NCBI GenBank assembly: GCA_934446675.1
Contig: CAKSEL010000007.1
Location: 445-64,444, forward strand
Length of the DNA: 64,000 bases
Direction of reading: 5' to 3'
From: an uncultured Eubacteriales bacterium
Lineage (GTDB): Bacteria > Bacillota > Clostridia > Oscillospirales > CAG-382
Below, piece after piece: positions 26,103-37,200 of this stretch. A program made the position numbers and the translations under genes. Position 1 is the first letter of the stretch; each line of letters begins with the position of its first letter. The notes under the pieces are model-generated. The model had not been told where the DNA came from. It did no database searches and worked only from the letters and a program-made list of their open reading frames with translations.

Positions 26103-28874
26103 TTAACCCTCGGTTGACTGTGAAGCAAGCCACTCATTATACTTATCTATAAGCGGCTGTGCTGCAGCTTTTCTTTCATCATCAAGGCTGTTCAGTATTT
26201 CAAGAATGGAAACGCTCATAGGTGTGCCGTACTGATACTCGCCGTCAACAAGCGACCATGCACGTACGGTAAACTTGTCGCCGTAGTGAGCCATCGGAAT
26301 GTTTACAAGTACACAGCTGAATACGTCTGCCTGAAGATCAGTATCAGGACCAAGCTTAAGGTCGGTGCCTGTTTCCTTGTTATAGTTAGCGTGTGAAATA
26401 AACGGCGTTACCACACCTTCCGGCTTAAATGTGTGAGTAAGTTCAGCATTATCAGCCGCCTTGAGAACGTCGGTGCGCGCTACGATAAAGCCGTATTCTG
26501 TAAGCTTTTCGTCGTTTTTGTAATCATATCCAATATAACCCTTGAATCTGAGACCGCTCTTGTTGTCAATGACATTTCCTTCGGTGTCTTTCTGAACGCG
26601 GATTGAGGTAACGTCCTTTGGATCGGTTGCGTCATTGTACCAGTGCGGTGCATACTTGGTATCAGCTGTCGGATCATAGGGAGTAAACGCAACGGAGAAC
26701 TCGTCGAACAATATTTTAGTGGTAACAGAAGATGTACCGATGTAGAACATCATATTCTGAAGCATTCCGTCGGTATATTCTTTTTCAATTACAGGACTGT
26801 TCTCTACTTTGTTGTTTTCGGTATATCTGATGTAAAGAGTTCCGTCCTTGTCAAATACTTCAATGTCGAACAATACGGTTATATATCCGTCGTCGTCGGC
26901 AATATACTGATTTACCCAGCCGGCAGATGTGCTGTATTTGCCATTTTTATCGTTAAGAACGAAACTTCCTGCGTCCAAGTCGGTTTTAAGAACAACTTTA
27001 AACTGATATGTTCCGACTTCCTTGATGCCGGAGAGTCCGTAAAAACCGAGTGAATGATACTGCTGCGCACTCTTGTCTGCAAATTCAAGAACATTTCTTC
27101 CGTTTACGGTTTTGGTTGTTAAAACTTTAGCATCGTTGAAATCCGCTGCGGCAAGACCGCCGTCATATCCGGGCGCTTTATATGAGAAATCATGAATAAT
27201 ACCCCCGGCTGTTGAAGGCACGGTATGGATATATCTTTTTCCGAAGTTTTCTCTTAAAACAATATTCGTTTCACTTACGGTGAACTGAATTTCCGAAACA
27301 CCGTCAGATACATAATATGCTTCGCCGGGCAGATAATCCTCGCCGTCAATTTCAAACGAAGGGTTGTAATCAAGTCCAAGCTCTGCCGCTGTCGGGAGAA
27401 TGTATCTGCCTTCAAAGCATTCTGCAGTTTCGCTGAAAACAGTTGTGCTGCCGGAAACAAATTTTGCGGTTACTGTTTTGGGTGCTTCATATATTATGCT
27501 CAGATCGTCAACATATACAACAACATTTGCTCCGCTCGGTGCGAAATATACCTGCCATGTTGCGTCGCCGAATGCCGAATCAGCTTCAAAGCTGTTAACA
27601 TTACCGCTTGAATTAGATATTGTATAAGTATACTTGCCGCTGCTGTCTTTGCTTACATCGACAGTCCAGCCAAGTGTGTGCCATACGTCAGCCGGCAAAG
27701 AATTAATACGTTCCATGCTAGGTGCTTTCGAGCCGAGTGCCTGTGTCCACAGTCTGCCGGCTAAATTTCCGCTTTCCATCTTGGCATTAACATTTATATG
27801 ATAAGTACCGGGTTCTGTAAAGTTAAGGTGAAGGAATTTAAATCCTACGCATGAATATCTACCTTTGCTGCCGGTAATTTTCGCAACGGTATTGCCTTCA
27901 TCATCAACGGTTGTAATATAAAGACCGTTATTGCCGGGTTCATCACCGTTTACTATTGATACATTTCCCAAACCGTCATACGAAGGTTTCGCGGTAAAAT
28001 CTTTACCTGCGGTATTGAAATCATGACCGGCGCCGATAGTGTCAAATCCTTCGTATACAAGAAGATTTGTTTCGCCGACAGTCAGCTCAATATCTTCAAA
28101 ATTCAGAGGATAAGAAGCTCCGGGTAAATATTCTGCGCCGCTGCTTGTTATATATACCGGATAGAACTCGGTACCAAGTTCGGATTTGGAGGGAAGCTTG
28201 AACGAAGTCTGATCGGGTTCTACATAAACTTCCTTAAGAACGGATCCGTCAGAATTCTTATATGTTACCTTGTAAAACGGCATTACAGATATGTCGTCAT
28301 AATAATCGGTATACGGTGCTGAAGCGTGCTGGACATGTGTTCCAATCTTTTCGTCTGCATTAAGGACGTCAAGGTCAGCGTAATATGTTGTCCAGCCATT
28401 GCTCGTGCTTGCTGCAGTTGTACCGACTTGCTGTGTAGTTGTTCCATTATTACGACGCACTAATAAACCTGTGTTTTTGACTGTAGACTTATACTTGAAC
28501 GTCACACGCACCTTTCTGTCAACGACAGTACCGGCGGGCCAGAAAATAACACCGTTATGCCATACATTAGTAGATGCATTTGATGCAGATATTACCGAAT
28601 TATCACCGTCCATAACAAGTTCAACATCATCGTCCCATCGGGAAACATAATTGCCGAGACCTAAATCAAAGGTATACGGGGTGCCGTCGCCGGTAAGAAG
28701 ATTAATTCCGGGAACAGCCTCGGACATGAGATCAGCATTTTCAGAAACACGCGCGTCATTCTGAACGGAAAACTCGTCGCTTGTTTCTACGTCAACAGTC
28801 TCAAGAGCAAAGGCATTTACAGAGGACGCAACCATTAACATTGAAACGGCGAGTGCAAGGAATTTGCTTTTCAT
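26103..28874 (-). CDS. Secreted multi-CBM-like glycan-binding protein (paralogous to 39640-43080)
   Basis: 923 aa. Signal peptide MKSKFLALAVSMLMVASSVNAFA. Repeated CBM4/9/22-like beta-sandwich modules ending in YYDDISV / VYVDDLSI / ILFDEFSV. The C-terminal SGLRFKG...EYGFIVAR module is shared with the 1146-aa protein. Confidence 0.75.
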   Translation of the reverse strand: MKSKFLALAVSMLMVASSVNAFALETVDVETSDEFSVQNDARVSENADLMSEAVPGINLLTGDGTPYTFDLGLGNYVSRWDDDVELVMDGDNSVISASNASTNVWHNGVIFWPAGTVVDRKVRVTFKYKSTVKNTGLLVRRNNGTTTQQVGTTAASTSNGWTTYYADLDVLNADEKIGTHVQHASAPYTDYYDDISVMPFYKVTYKNSDGSVLKEVYVEPDQTSFKLPSKSELGTEFYPVYITSSGAEYLPGASYPLNFEDIELTVGETNLLVYEGFDTIGAGHDFNTAGKDFTAKPSYDGLGNVSIVNGDEPGNNGLYITTVDDEGNTVAKITGSKGRYSCVGFKFLHLNFTEPGTYHINVNAKMESGNLAGRLWTQALGSKAPSMERINSLPADVWHTLGWTVDVSKDSSGKYTYTISNSSGNVNSFEADSAFGDATWQVYFAPSGANVVVYVDDLSIIYEAPKTVTAKFVSGSTTVFSETAECFEGRYILPTAAELGLDYNPSFEIDGEDYLPGEAYYVSDGVSEIQFTVSETNIVLRENFGKRYIHTVPSTAGGIIHDFSYKAPGYDGGLAAADFNDAKVLTTKTVNGRNVLEFADKSAQQYHSLGFYGLSGIKEVGTYQFKVVLKTDLDAGSFVLNDKNGKYSTSAGWVNQYIADDDGYITVLFDIEVFDKDGTLYIRYTENNKVENSPVIEKEYTDGMLQNMMFYIGTSSVTTKILFDEFSVAFTPYDPTADTKYAPHWYNDATDPKDVTSIRVQKDTEGNVIDNKSGLRFKGYIGYDYKNDEKLTEYGFIVARTDVLKAADNAELTHTFKPEGVVTPFISHANYNKETGTDLKLGPDTDLQADVFSCVLVNIPMAHYGDKFTVRAWSLVDGEYQYGTPMSVSILEILNSLDDERKAAAQPLIDKYNEWLASQSTEG

Positions 28875-29061
28875 AATTTTTTCTCCTTTATATTTTTTGT
28901 AGCAGTTTTTATTCCCCTCCGGGAATTGTGATTCGAGCAGAAAATCACATTTTATGAGAACATATGCTTTCCGCGGACAGTCCGGCGGCAGCCGGAAACA
29001 TAATTCACACTTAAATATTCATCAAAAAGCGCTTATGTATGTTTCCGGTGCCGAAAAACAG

Positions 29062-32000
29062 TTACGAAAGGCGTATGTAGTCAATATAAGCTTCAGAGGC
29101 ATAGTTGAACGGGTCAATTCTTAATCCCGTTACAATGCCCTTCCAGTCAGCATTCGTCGTCATATCGAATGTTGCCTCGTAAATCTCGCCGTCAACAAGT
29201 TTTGACGCATTATAATTATGCATAACACTCTTTTCGGCAGTGAGATCGGGCGCTGCGGAAGTAGTAAAGAACACCTGCATAAATCTGTCGGTCATTGCTT
29301 CCTTATTAACCTTTATGCCGACAGTTACCTTCTTTGCCTTTGCTGCGTCAATATTCAGATTTCTGAACATGAAATTGACGTCGGGGCTTGTCGGATATTT
29401 CATCGTAAGCATACCGTTTTCAACAGCAAAGTAGTCTACGTTATACGGCGTACAGTCTTTGATATCGGCTTCCGAATTAAATTCATATGCAAATACCGTA
29501 CCTGCAGGGCTTTGCGCCGGCTGTGCAGGCTGCTGTGGGTTCTGATTATTGGAATTTCCGGAATTTGTACCGGTTCCCTGTGCAGTGTTTTTGCAGAAAA
29601 CTATATAGTCAATGTGCGAATCAGCGATTGCATTGAAAGGATCGAATCGGAGCATTGTTATTGTGCCGTTCCAGTCCTTATTCGACTTCATGTTAAACGT
29701 AAGCTCGATTATTTCGCCGTCCTGAACACCGGTAAGGTTATAATTTACACCCTTGCTCATCTCTGCATTAAGTCCGGGTTTGGAATCGGTTGTGAAGAAT
29801 ACTTCAAATTTTCGATTGCTCATGTTTGCGACGTCTGCTCTGATACCTACTTTAACAGTATCAAAATCCGACGCGCTTATTCCGACTTCTTTAAGCAGTG
29901 CATTTTGGTCTGTAGTTGTTGTGTTTGTCAGGTTCAGACAGCTGTCCGAAACAGAAGCGGTGCAGTTTGTAGGAACGAACAAATTACCTTCAGATGCGGA
30001 ATCAAAGTCATAGCGCTTGACAACTTCATAGCTTTCTGAGCTGAGAGATGCCTGATCCGAAACAAAGTGAATATAATCTATGGCACATTCGAGCTTTGCG
30101 CTGCAAACATCAATTCGTAAGAATTTTACTCTTCCCAACCACTTGGGGTTCTTTGAAAGGTCGATTTCAAACTCGAACAGTTCACCCTCTTTTATAAGCG
30201 ACGGATCATAATAATACTTTACACTCTTTTCCTCGGTAAGAGCGTCTCCGGCATGGAAGAACATCTGGAAAAACTTTCCTTCAACATCTTCGGGCTTGAC
30301 GTACATTCCGACCTTCAGTTTCTTGTACGCCGAAGCGTCAAGCGAAATGCCGTCATCAATATACATCTGCATATCGTCCTGAATCGAATTATTGATATAC
30401 ATATTGCCGTTTGCAACGGTAAGCGGCGAAAGTCTGCTGTACCAGCCTTCGGTATTTCCTGTATTGTCAAAGTCCCAGCCGTAGTAATCCTTCTTCAGAG
30501 GAGAATCGGAGTGAACGGTGTCAGTGCTTACGATGTCCATGACATCATTTTTAAGGCTTACCTTAAAGCCGAGCATTTCGCATAACTTATTAAGACGTAT
30601 TACCGGCAGACCGTCCCTTAAGGAGAACGTATATCCGAGTTCGGTCTCATTTCCGTCAACGATCGCTTTATCTGAGCCTACCGTAAGAGTTACGCTGTGA
30701 GATTTGCTTTCAATAAGAAGCTTTCCGGTAAATCTGTTATATGAATGGTGCAGATTGAGCATTGTGAAGAATCCGAGTCTCGGATTAGCGGTTACTTCAA
30801 CATCTCCGTCGGAAGTGTATGCCGTGGGGAAATCAAACTGCATTTCATTGCCGTTTGCCTTTACCGCCGCACCGGTGGAAACAACGTCAAGCAATTCAAC
30901 GAGAGCCACTTCAAATTCTCCGGTATGTCTTACGGCGTCTATACGAAGTCCGTAAAGTTCTCCGGTCCATGCGGGATTATCCGAAAAGTCAATGTAATAA
31001 TCTACAAATTCGCCCTGAGTCTGAACCGGAATACTCTTGCGCTTGGTTTCAAACTCATACTGCATGGAATCCGTCGTTGCAAAGAAGACGTCCATTACGG
31101 AAGCTTCACTTACTTTGAGCCTTACATGAAGAACCGGCTTTGAAGCAAGGCTTACCGACAGCGACTTTGTAAGCATCTGCGGGTCTGCGGTAAGACCGCG
31201 AATCTTAATTCCGTCTGCAGTCTTTTCGGGAGGATTTACATTGCTGTAATTCCAGTCGTTTATAGCGTCATCTGTTTTGAAATCCCATGTCTTAACCGGC
31301 GCATATGTAATCTGCGACGAAGCATTCTCCAATCTGAAAATGCGTATGGGAGTGTAAGTAAGCGGACTCATCTTTGTAATGCGCTCTTTCTGGCTCGCGG
31401 TGGGTTTTACGTCGAGTGCCGTATGATCGCTCTTATCGTCCGTGAATACATCTTTTATGTTTTCAAGGTATCCGTATCCGAAATCTCCGGACGGCAGCAG
31501 ATAGTGTCCTTCAGAGTACTCGTTCCAGTTTGAAACAAAAAGCGTATTGTCTTTCCATGTTCCGGTTTTCTTTGAAGCAAGATAACCGTCTCTGATATAC
31601 TCTGCAACCTGCTTATGACCTTCAAGAGAAATAAGGCTGCTTCTGGTATCGTTTCTGCCTATATCGTTATGACCGACAGCAACGGTGGGGATTGTATGCA
31701 TATCTGTGCCGACAGCATCTTTTAATGTGTTTATCTGATGCTCGGCAGAACTGCCCGCCTGTGCATAATGAACATAGTAGGTTGCGTCAAAGCCGAGAGA
31801 CTCAGCCTTTTCATTTCTGACGGTGAGACCGCCGCCGATAATGATAATATCGTCGAAGCCGAGAGTTTTTATATCCTCGCGCATAAATGCAACGGCTTCC
31901 TTTGCGTTTTCAAGTCCGCCGAAGAATTGAATGAAATTATCATAGTTCCAGACAGACATTACGGGCTTATTGTCGAGCACTTCATAGCGCGAATCGCTAA

Positions 32001-34161
32001 AATAGTACTCTTTCCAGTATTTCCAATAGTATTCCTTAAATTTTTCAAGCGAACCGCCTCTGGCATTTCCCTCGTTTTCCCACAGCAGGCAGAACTTGAC
32101 CATATCGCTGTATTTTGCATTGAAGTATCCGTCATGGAGGGCAGCATAGCTTGTAGTGGTTTTCTTGATAGGCTCGTTGACGACAGTGTTCGGTGTATAC
32201 CAGCAAACGTGCTGGAAGTCAATACCGTGCTCTGCCATCATCTTGATTTCCCAGTCGGCGACTTCCGGAGAACCCTCGTCATAGAAACCGAGATAAGGTT
32301 CCAGTTCCGGGAACGGAGTTACTGCCTGCCAGCCTTCTCTTGTTACGGCGTCGTGCCAGAGATTGCAGACATATATACCTATGTTATATCCGCCGTTATT
32401 GTTTGCTTTCGGAACGGGCGTATAGTCGTCGTGATCGACAGACATTCCTGCCTTTATATCGTCAAACCACATAATTCCGTCTTTGTCGGGATTTATGCCT
32501 ATCTTTATGCCGTCGATATAGTCGGCGGAAATTGCAACCTCTCCGGCTTTCTTTCCGCATATTTTGATAAGCGCCTTTTTAGCCGAAGTATCCGTTTCGA
32601 TTCTGAGCGTCTGCCATACGTTTTCGGTATAATTTCTGAGCTTGGTATCGCCGGCATACCATGCGCCGTCTTTGGATACGACCTTTACGACCTCATTTCC
32701 GCCGCTTGTCAGGGTGAAATAAGCGCCGTTCAGATTTTCGGGAAGTAAAATGTATGATTCAAATATTCCCTTTTCGTAAATACGTGCAAAGGTCTTTGAC
32801 GCACTGCTTTCCTGACCCTTCTTTGCATCAATTTTTGCGCTGTGATTATCTTTTGAGGACTCAGACGTATATTCTTCAATCGTAATATTTCCGGAAACGT
32901 CCATTGTATATATGGACTTATCGGTCATAGACGAAGACACGGCAAAAGTCTCTGCAAATGCATAGTTATTATATATTCTTACATGAGACGGTATTGCAAT
33001 ACCGGTTCCGGACGGTGTAGAACCTATCGACATGCTCGATACGCTTGCCGCCGGATCTATTTCAACGGTTTGAGTAAGCTTTCCGTTGATATACGCATAC
33101 ATTTCCTTGTTGTCAAAATCCGTAAACAGCAATATTGCATATTCTACCGGATCTTTTGTTGCCACCGCAATATCGGTTTTAACAGTATTTTTGCCTTTCA
33201 GTGCAAAATATCCGTTCTGCGTTGCAATGCCGGCGACAAGATTTTTGTTTTCATCTGTAAAGCCGAGATATATTCCGTCATCTTCGGAACAAATATGCAC
33301 ATATACTTCCGCAATCAGGCGTCCCGAATTCACTTTGCCGATATCTCTGTAAAGACGGGTATACTCTTCTTTTGAATTATCGGTAATTGACGGACCAATT
33401 TTTCCGTCCTTGATGAATTCAACATTTTTGTTATCGCACTGCCAGCCGTTAGGCAAGCTGAAAATGGAACCGTAAGCCATATATGTAGCGTCGGCAAGCA
33501 TACCGGAATCCTGCTTTGGCATTACGTCAAAACTCCTTTTTACACGTATGTCAGGTGTAGCGACACGGTTGATAAGCGCGGAGAATTCTGCCCGTGTAAT
33601 ATTTGTATCGGGGTTGAATGTTCCGAAAACATCGCTTCCCATTGCAATACCGGCACGGTAGAGCAAAATAAGCTCGTTGTAGGAATCGTTATCTGCTTTG
33701 ACATCGGGTATGTTATATACCTTGTTTATCTGAGAGAAATACTCTGCGGGCAAAGATTTTGCAAGCAGTCTTGCAACTTCGATTCTTTTTGCAGATCTTG
33801 TATAAGAATCAAATTCATCTTTGGCGATTATTCCCTTTTCCATGGCATAATCGACATATCCCTGATACCATTCCCCCGACTTGTCGGGAATTTTTGCGTT
33901 GTTATAAACAGCATTGAGTCTTGATGCGAGGGTAACAGCCTGAGCGACCGTTACGGTGCCTGTCGGGTTAAACATATTCTGTCCGACTCCGTTTACCAGA
34001 CCGAATTCATATGCGCTGATAACATCAGACGCATACCATGCATCGCTTGCAACATCTGTAAACGTACCGTCGCTGTACTTTACGGTTTTGTTAAACTGTG
34101 CCGCAAGAGCCGTTGCCGACAAAAGCAATGCGAGCATTACTGCCGAAATTAACCTTTTCAT
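29062..34161 (-). CDS. Giant SLH-anchored secreted protein: 3 SLH domains, LamG-like domains, WbsX/GH99-like catalytic-type domain, amine-oxidase-N-like domain, 4 copies of a ~150-aa C-terminal repeat module
   Basis: Start at the second ATG (MKRLIS, AAGGAG 8 nt upstream). SLH repeats FTDVASDAWYASDVISAYEFGLVNG. Central block PELEPYLGFYDEGSPEVADWEIKMMAEHGIDFQHVCWY resembles the Glyco_tran_WbsX / GH99-like family. Four C-terminal modules each end in L(R/K)(I/F)D(P/A/V). Confidence 0.75.
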   Translation of the reverse strand: MKRLISAVMLALLLSATALAAQFNKTVKYSDGTFTDVASDAWYASDVISAYEFGLVNGVGQNMFNPTGTVTVAQAVTLASRLNAVYNNAKIPDKSGEWYQGYVDYAMEKGIIAKDEFDSYTRSAKRIEVARLLAKSLPAEYFSQINKVYNIPDVKADNDSYNELILLYRAGIAMGSDVFGTFNPDTNITRAEFSALINRVATPDIRVKRSFDVMPKQDSGMLADATYMAYGSIFSLPNGWQCDNKNVEFIKDGKIGPSITDNSKEEYTRLYRDIGKVNSGRLIAEVYVHICSEDDGIYLGFTDENKNLVAGIATQNGYFALKGKNTVKTDIAVATKDPVEYAILLFTDFDNKEMYAYINGKLTQTVEIDPAASVSSMSIGSTPSGTGIAIPSHVRIYNNYAFAETFAVSSSMTDKSIYTMDVSGNITIEEYTSESSKDNHSAKIDAKKGQESSASKTFARIYEKGIFESYILLPENLNGAYFTLTSGGNEVVKVVSKDGAWYAGDTKLRNYTENVWQTLRIETDTSAKKALIKICGKKAGEVAISADYIDGIKIGINPDKDGIMWFDDIKAGMSVDHDDYTPVPKANNNGGYNIGIYVCNLWHDAVTREGWQAVTPFPELEPYLGFYDEGSPEVADWEIKMMAEHGIDFQHVCWYTPNTVVNEPIKKTTTSYAALHDGYFNAKYSDMVKFCLLWENEGNARGGSLEKFKEYYWKYWKEYYFSDSRYEVLDNKPVMSVWNYDNFIQFFGGLENAKEAVAFMREDIKTLGFDDIIIIGGGLTVRNEKAESLGFDATYYVHYAQAGSSAEHQINTLKDAVGTDMHTIPTVAVGHNDIGRNDTRSSLISLEGHKQVAEYIRDGYLASKKTGTWKDNTLFVSNWNEYSEGHYLLPSGDFGYGYLENIKDVFTDDKSDHTALDVKPTASQKERITKMSPLTYTPIRIFRLENASSQITYAPVKTWDFKTDDAINDWNYSNVNPPEKTADGIKIRGLTADPQMLTKSLSVSLASKPVLHVRLKVSEASVMDVFFATTDSMQYEFETKRKSIPVQTQGEFVDYYIDFSDNPAWTGELYGLRIDAVRHTGEFEVALVELLDVVSTGAAVKANGNEMQFDFPTAYTSDGDVEVTANPRLGFFTMLNLHHSYNRFTGKLLIESKSHSVTLTVGSDKAIVDGNETELGYTFSLRDGLPVIRLNKLCEMLGFKVSLKNDVMDIVSTDTVHSDSPLKKDYYGWDFDNTGNTEGWYSRLSPLTVANGNMYINNSIQDDMQMYIDDGISLDASAYKKLKVGMYVKPEDVEGKFFQMFFHAGDALTEEKSVKYYYDPSLIKEGELFEFEIDLSKNPKWLGRVKFLRIDVCSAKLECAIDYIHFVSDQASLSSESYEVVKRYDFDSASEGNLFVPTNCTASVSDSCLNLTNTTTTDQNALLKEVGISASDFDTVKVGIRADVANMSNRKFEVFFTTDSKPGLNAEMSKGVNYNLTGVQDGEIIELTFNMKSNKDWNGTITMLRFDPFNAIADSHIDYIVFCKNTAQGTGTNSGNSNNQNPQQPAQPAQSPAGTVFAYEFNSEADIKDCTPYNVDYFAVENGMLTMKYPTSPDVNFMFRNLNIDAAKAKKVTVGIKVNKEAMTDRFMQVFFTTSAAPDLTAEKSVMHNYNASKLVDGEIYEATFDMTTNADWKGIVTGLRIDPFNYASEAYIDYIRLS

Positions 34162-34213
34162 ATACATATCTCCTTCATTGTAGTTGTTGACTTGCGATTT
34201 AGCACAAAAATTA

Positions 34214-37200
34214 TTACTGTTTTACTTTAAGCCGTATTGTCTTTACTTCAAACGCCCTGAAATTAAGCTTAATTGTATCGTCTGTCACCGCAACACATTC
34301 CGCGTCCTCCTCAAGCATATTTGTTAAATATGCCTCTTTGACCGCAAATCCGAGTTTCACGCTGCACATTGTGTAGTTGTTTGTTTCCTCGGCAAGTCTG
34401 ATAATAATATCACCTTTCCCATCCTCAGAAATTTTCGCGGCGGTAAGAACGACATTGGGTTGTGAAATGCTGAGCGCGGACTGTTTGCCTGCATATCCCG
34501 GAACAACCTTCACCGGGCAGTTAAGCTCAAATGCAGCATTTACAATATTACTGTTATAAAATGTTCCGCAGAAAGGCATGAAACAATAAGTAAAGCGCTG
34601 TATTCCCATATCTGCGTTAAGCGCGGGATTCTGCGGAGCTTTAAGCAGCGTAAGACTCATTCGTCCTCCGTCTGCGCTTATACCGTATTTGCAGTTGTTG
34701 AGAATTGCGGCTGCTCTGTTGGATTCTGCAAGTGCAGACCACTTATGCTGGCAAACTTCAAATCTGTCGGCATCATACTTTCTGTTTCTATGCGTAGGTC
34801 TTTTTACAAATCCGTACTGCGTTTCCGAGATAAGCTCTTCGGTATTGAAGTTGGTATCAAAATCGACTTTAAGCAGCTTATGACGTTCTTTCCAGTCTAT
34901 CTGAGTATCAAATTCAATCGCTCTTGAACCCTTGCGCAATGTAACTTTCTGTACAAGCGTCGAATTGTTGATTTCACGCTTTATTACCAATGAAGATGCA
35001 AGCGTTCCGGACTGAATACTCTCTATTTTTGCCGGTTCTGCAAGTTTTACTTCATTGTTTTGATATATGCTGTCGATATCCCATGCATCATGCGCCGCAG
35101 TCTGATCCTCATACATACGCAGGCGGTTCGATCTGCCGGACAAAAACTCAATTCCCGTCTGTTTGTCCACTACGCTTGAAAGCTCGCCGTTTTCATTAAA
35201 CTCTGCACGGACAAGATCATTCTCGAGGATCGGTTTTGTTCCTGAGCTGACTGCATTTGCCTTTTCTTTGCCCAAAACAAACGACGCATATCCGCATGAC
35301 GGAACATCAACAGCGGCAAAAGTGCCGTTTGCGTCGGTTTCGCATTCATATGCCTTGCCGTCCGAAGCACAGATTGAAGTATAACCTTCGGGAAGTTTGA
35401 TATAGGCTTTTCTGTCCCACGAAAGCGAGTTGAAAACCGTAATAACTCCGTCCTTTGTTTCGGAAACGGTTTCAAGAACATCTTTGGTTATATTTTCCGC
35501 CTTTTCCGCAACTTCAGAAAGCTCGGATTCGGCTCTTTCATATACCTCGGCAATCGACGAACCCGGAAGAATATCGTGGAACTGATTGAACAGTACAGTT
35601 TTCCACAGCGGATCGGTCTTTTCTTTTGTATCCTGCCTTAAAAATGCCGACCAAAGCTCTGCGTCTCTCAGTTCATTTTCGCACTTTCTGTTCAGCAGCT
35701 TTGTCTTTGCCTGTGATGTGAATGTTCCCCTGTGAAGCGCATAGTAAAGCTCTCCGACATAGGTTTTGTCTATCTCACATTCATTCTCAACATCATGGAA
35801 AAATTTATTCGGAGAGGCCTGAATTACTTTAGGCATTCCCTCAAGATCATGCTCACGCTTGAGCTGTTCGTAATAAAATCTCGTTGCTCCTCCGCCGCCG
35901 TCGCCGAAGCCGTAAGGATATAATCTGTACGGAATATTGTCCCTCTCGCTGTTAAATCCCCAGTGGACCTTTGTCTGGCTGGGATATGTGCCGTTTGCAT
36001 AGCCGCGTATTATGTTGCAAAGCACTTCGGAGCCGTCGTTTCCTTTCCAATTAAACATACTGTAAGGGAATACATCTCCGCCGTTTATAAGCCACATAAG
36101 CTTTGCGCTCATAAAATACTTAATTCCGCACCCTTTAAGGATCTGAGGGAAAGCGCCGCTGATTCCGAACGTATCCGGGAGCCACAGTATCTCGCTGTCT
36201 ACGCCGAATTCATTTTTCATAAACTTTTTGCCGAAAACAAACTGACGGATAATACTCTCGCCCGCAGGAATATTTGCGTCGGATTCAACCCACATTCCGC
36301 CCTCGACAACAATATTTCCGCTTTTGACCGCCTGCTTTACCCTTTCGTAAAGCTCCGGGTAATTGTTTTTGACGGTTTCAAGGATCCATGCCTGCGACTG
36401 AATATACTTGCAGTCGTCGAACTCATTTATAAGTTCAAGCTGATTACCTATTGTTCTGGCGCATTTTCTTGTTGTTTCATTTACCGTCCACAGCCACTCC
36501 AAGTCAAGGTGAGAATGGCTTATCGCATACATGGTCGGCACTGTCGGACCGTTATGGCAATCAAACAGCGGTTTTAATATCTCGCGCGCCTGCTTCACAT
36601 TTTCGGCGAATTCGTCATAAGGCAATTCAAGATCGACAAAGTCGGCAATTTTTCTTATTGCCTTTTCTATCTTTGCTCTGCGCAAAGACGTTTCCTCCTG
36701 GCACTTTGATAAATCAACCAGCACCTCAATGTCTACATAAAGCTGGAAAACATCATCGCGGAATATACCGTAGGTTCCGTTTGAAACGCATTTCTGCGTA
36801 ACATCTTCGGGAAAAGGCTTTATATTAAGTTCCGGAATAAGCGCAGTGTAATGCATGACGTCCTTAATCATTTCATCACCGTGTCCGGCATAAACCTCAG
36901 CGGCTATATCAAACGTTTCGCCTGCCTTGGCAGATGCGGACAGCATTATTTCCTTATGTGCATGATCAAGCGCGCCGACCACTCTGCCGTTTACATAAAC
37001 CGTGCTTTCTACAAGGTCAGCCTTAAAGCATATACGTTTTCCCTCGCACTCTTTCGGAACGGTTATCTGTGTAAAGAACCAGCCGTACTCCCATTTGCGT
37101 CCCCATCTGAGCCCCTGAGGAAGTTTTTGCCTGTCATGCTTTACGGCGTCTTCATACGATAACCTGTCGTATGTAAAAAAGCCCTCAAACTCCGTCGTTC

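Noticed and set aside
31738-32748. 336-aa plus-strand ORF
   Set aside because: It is antisense to the WbsX/GH99-like domain region of the 1699-aa gene, with no motifs or RBS.
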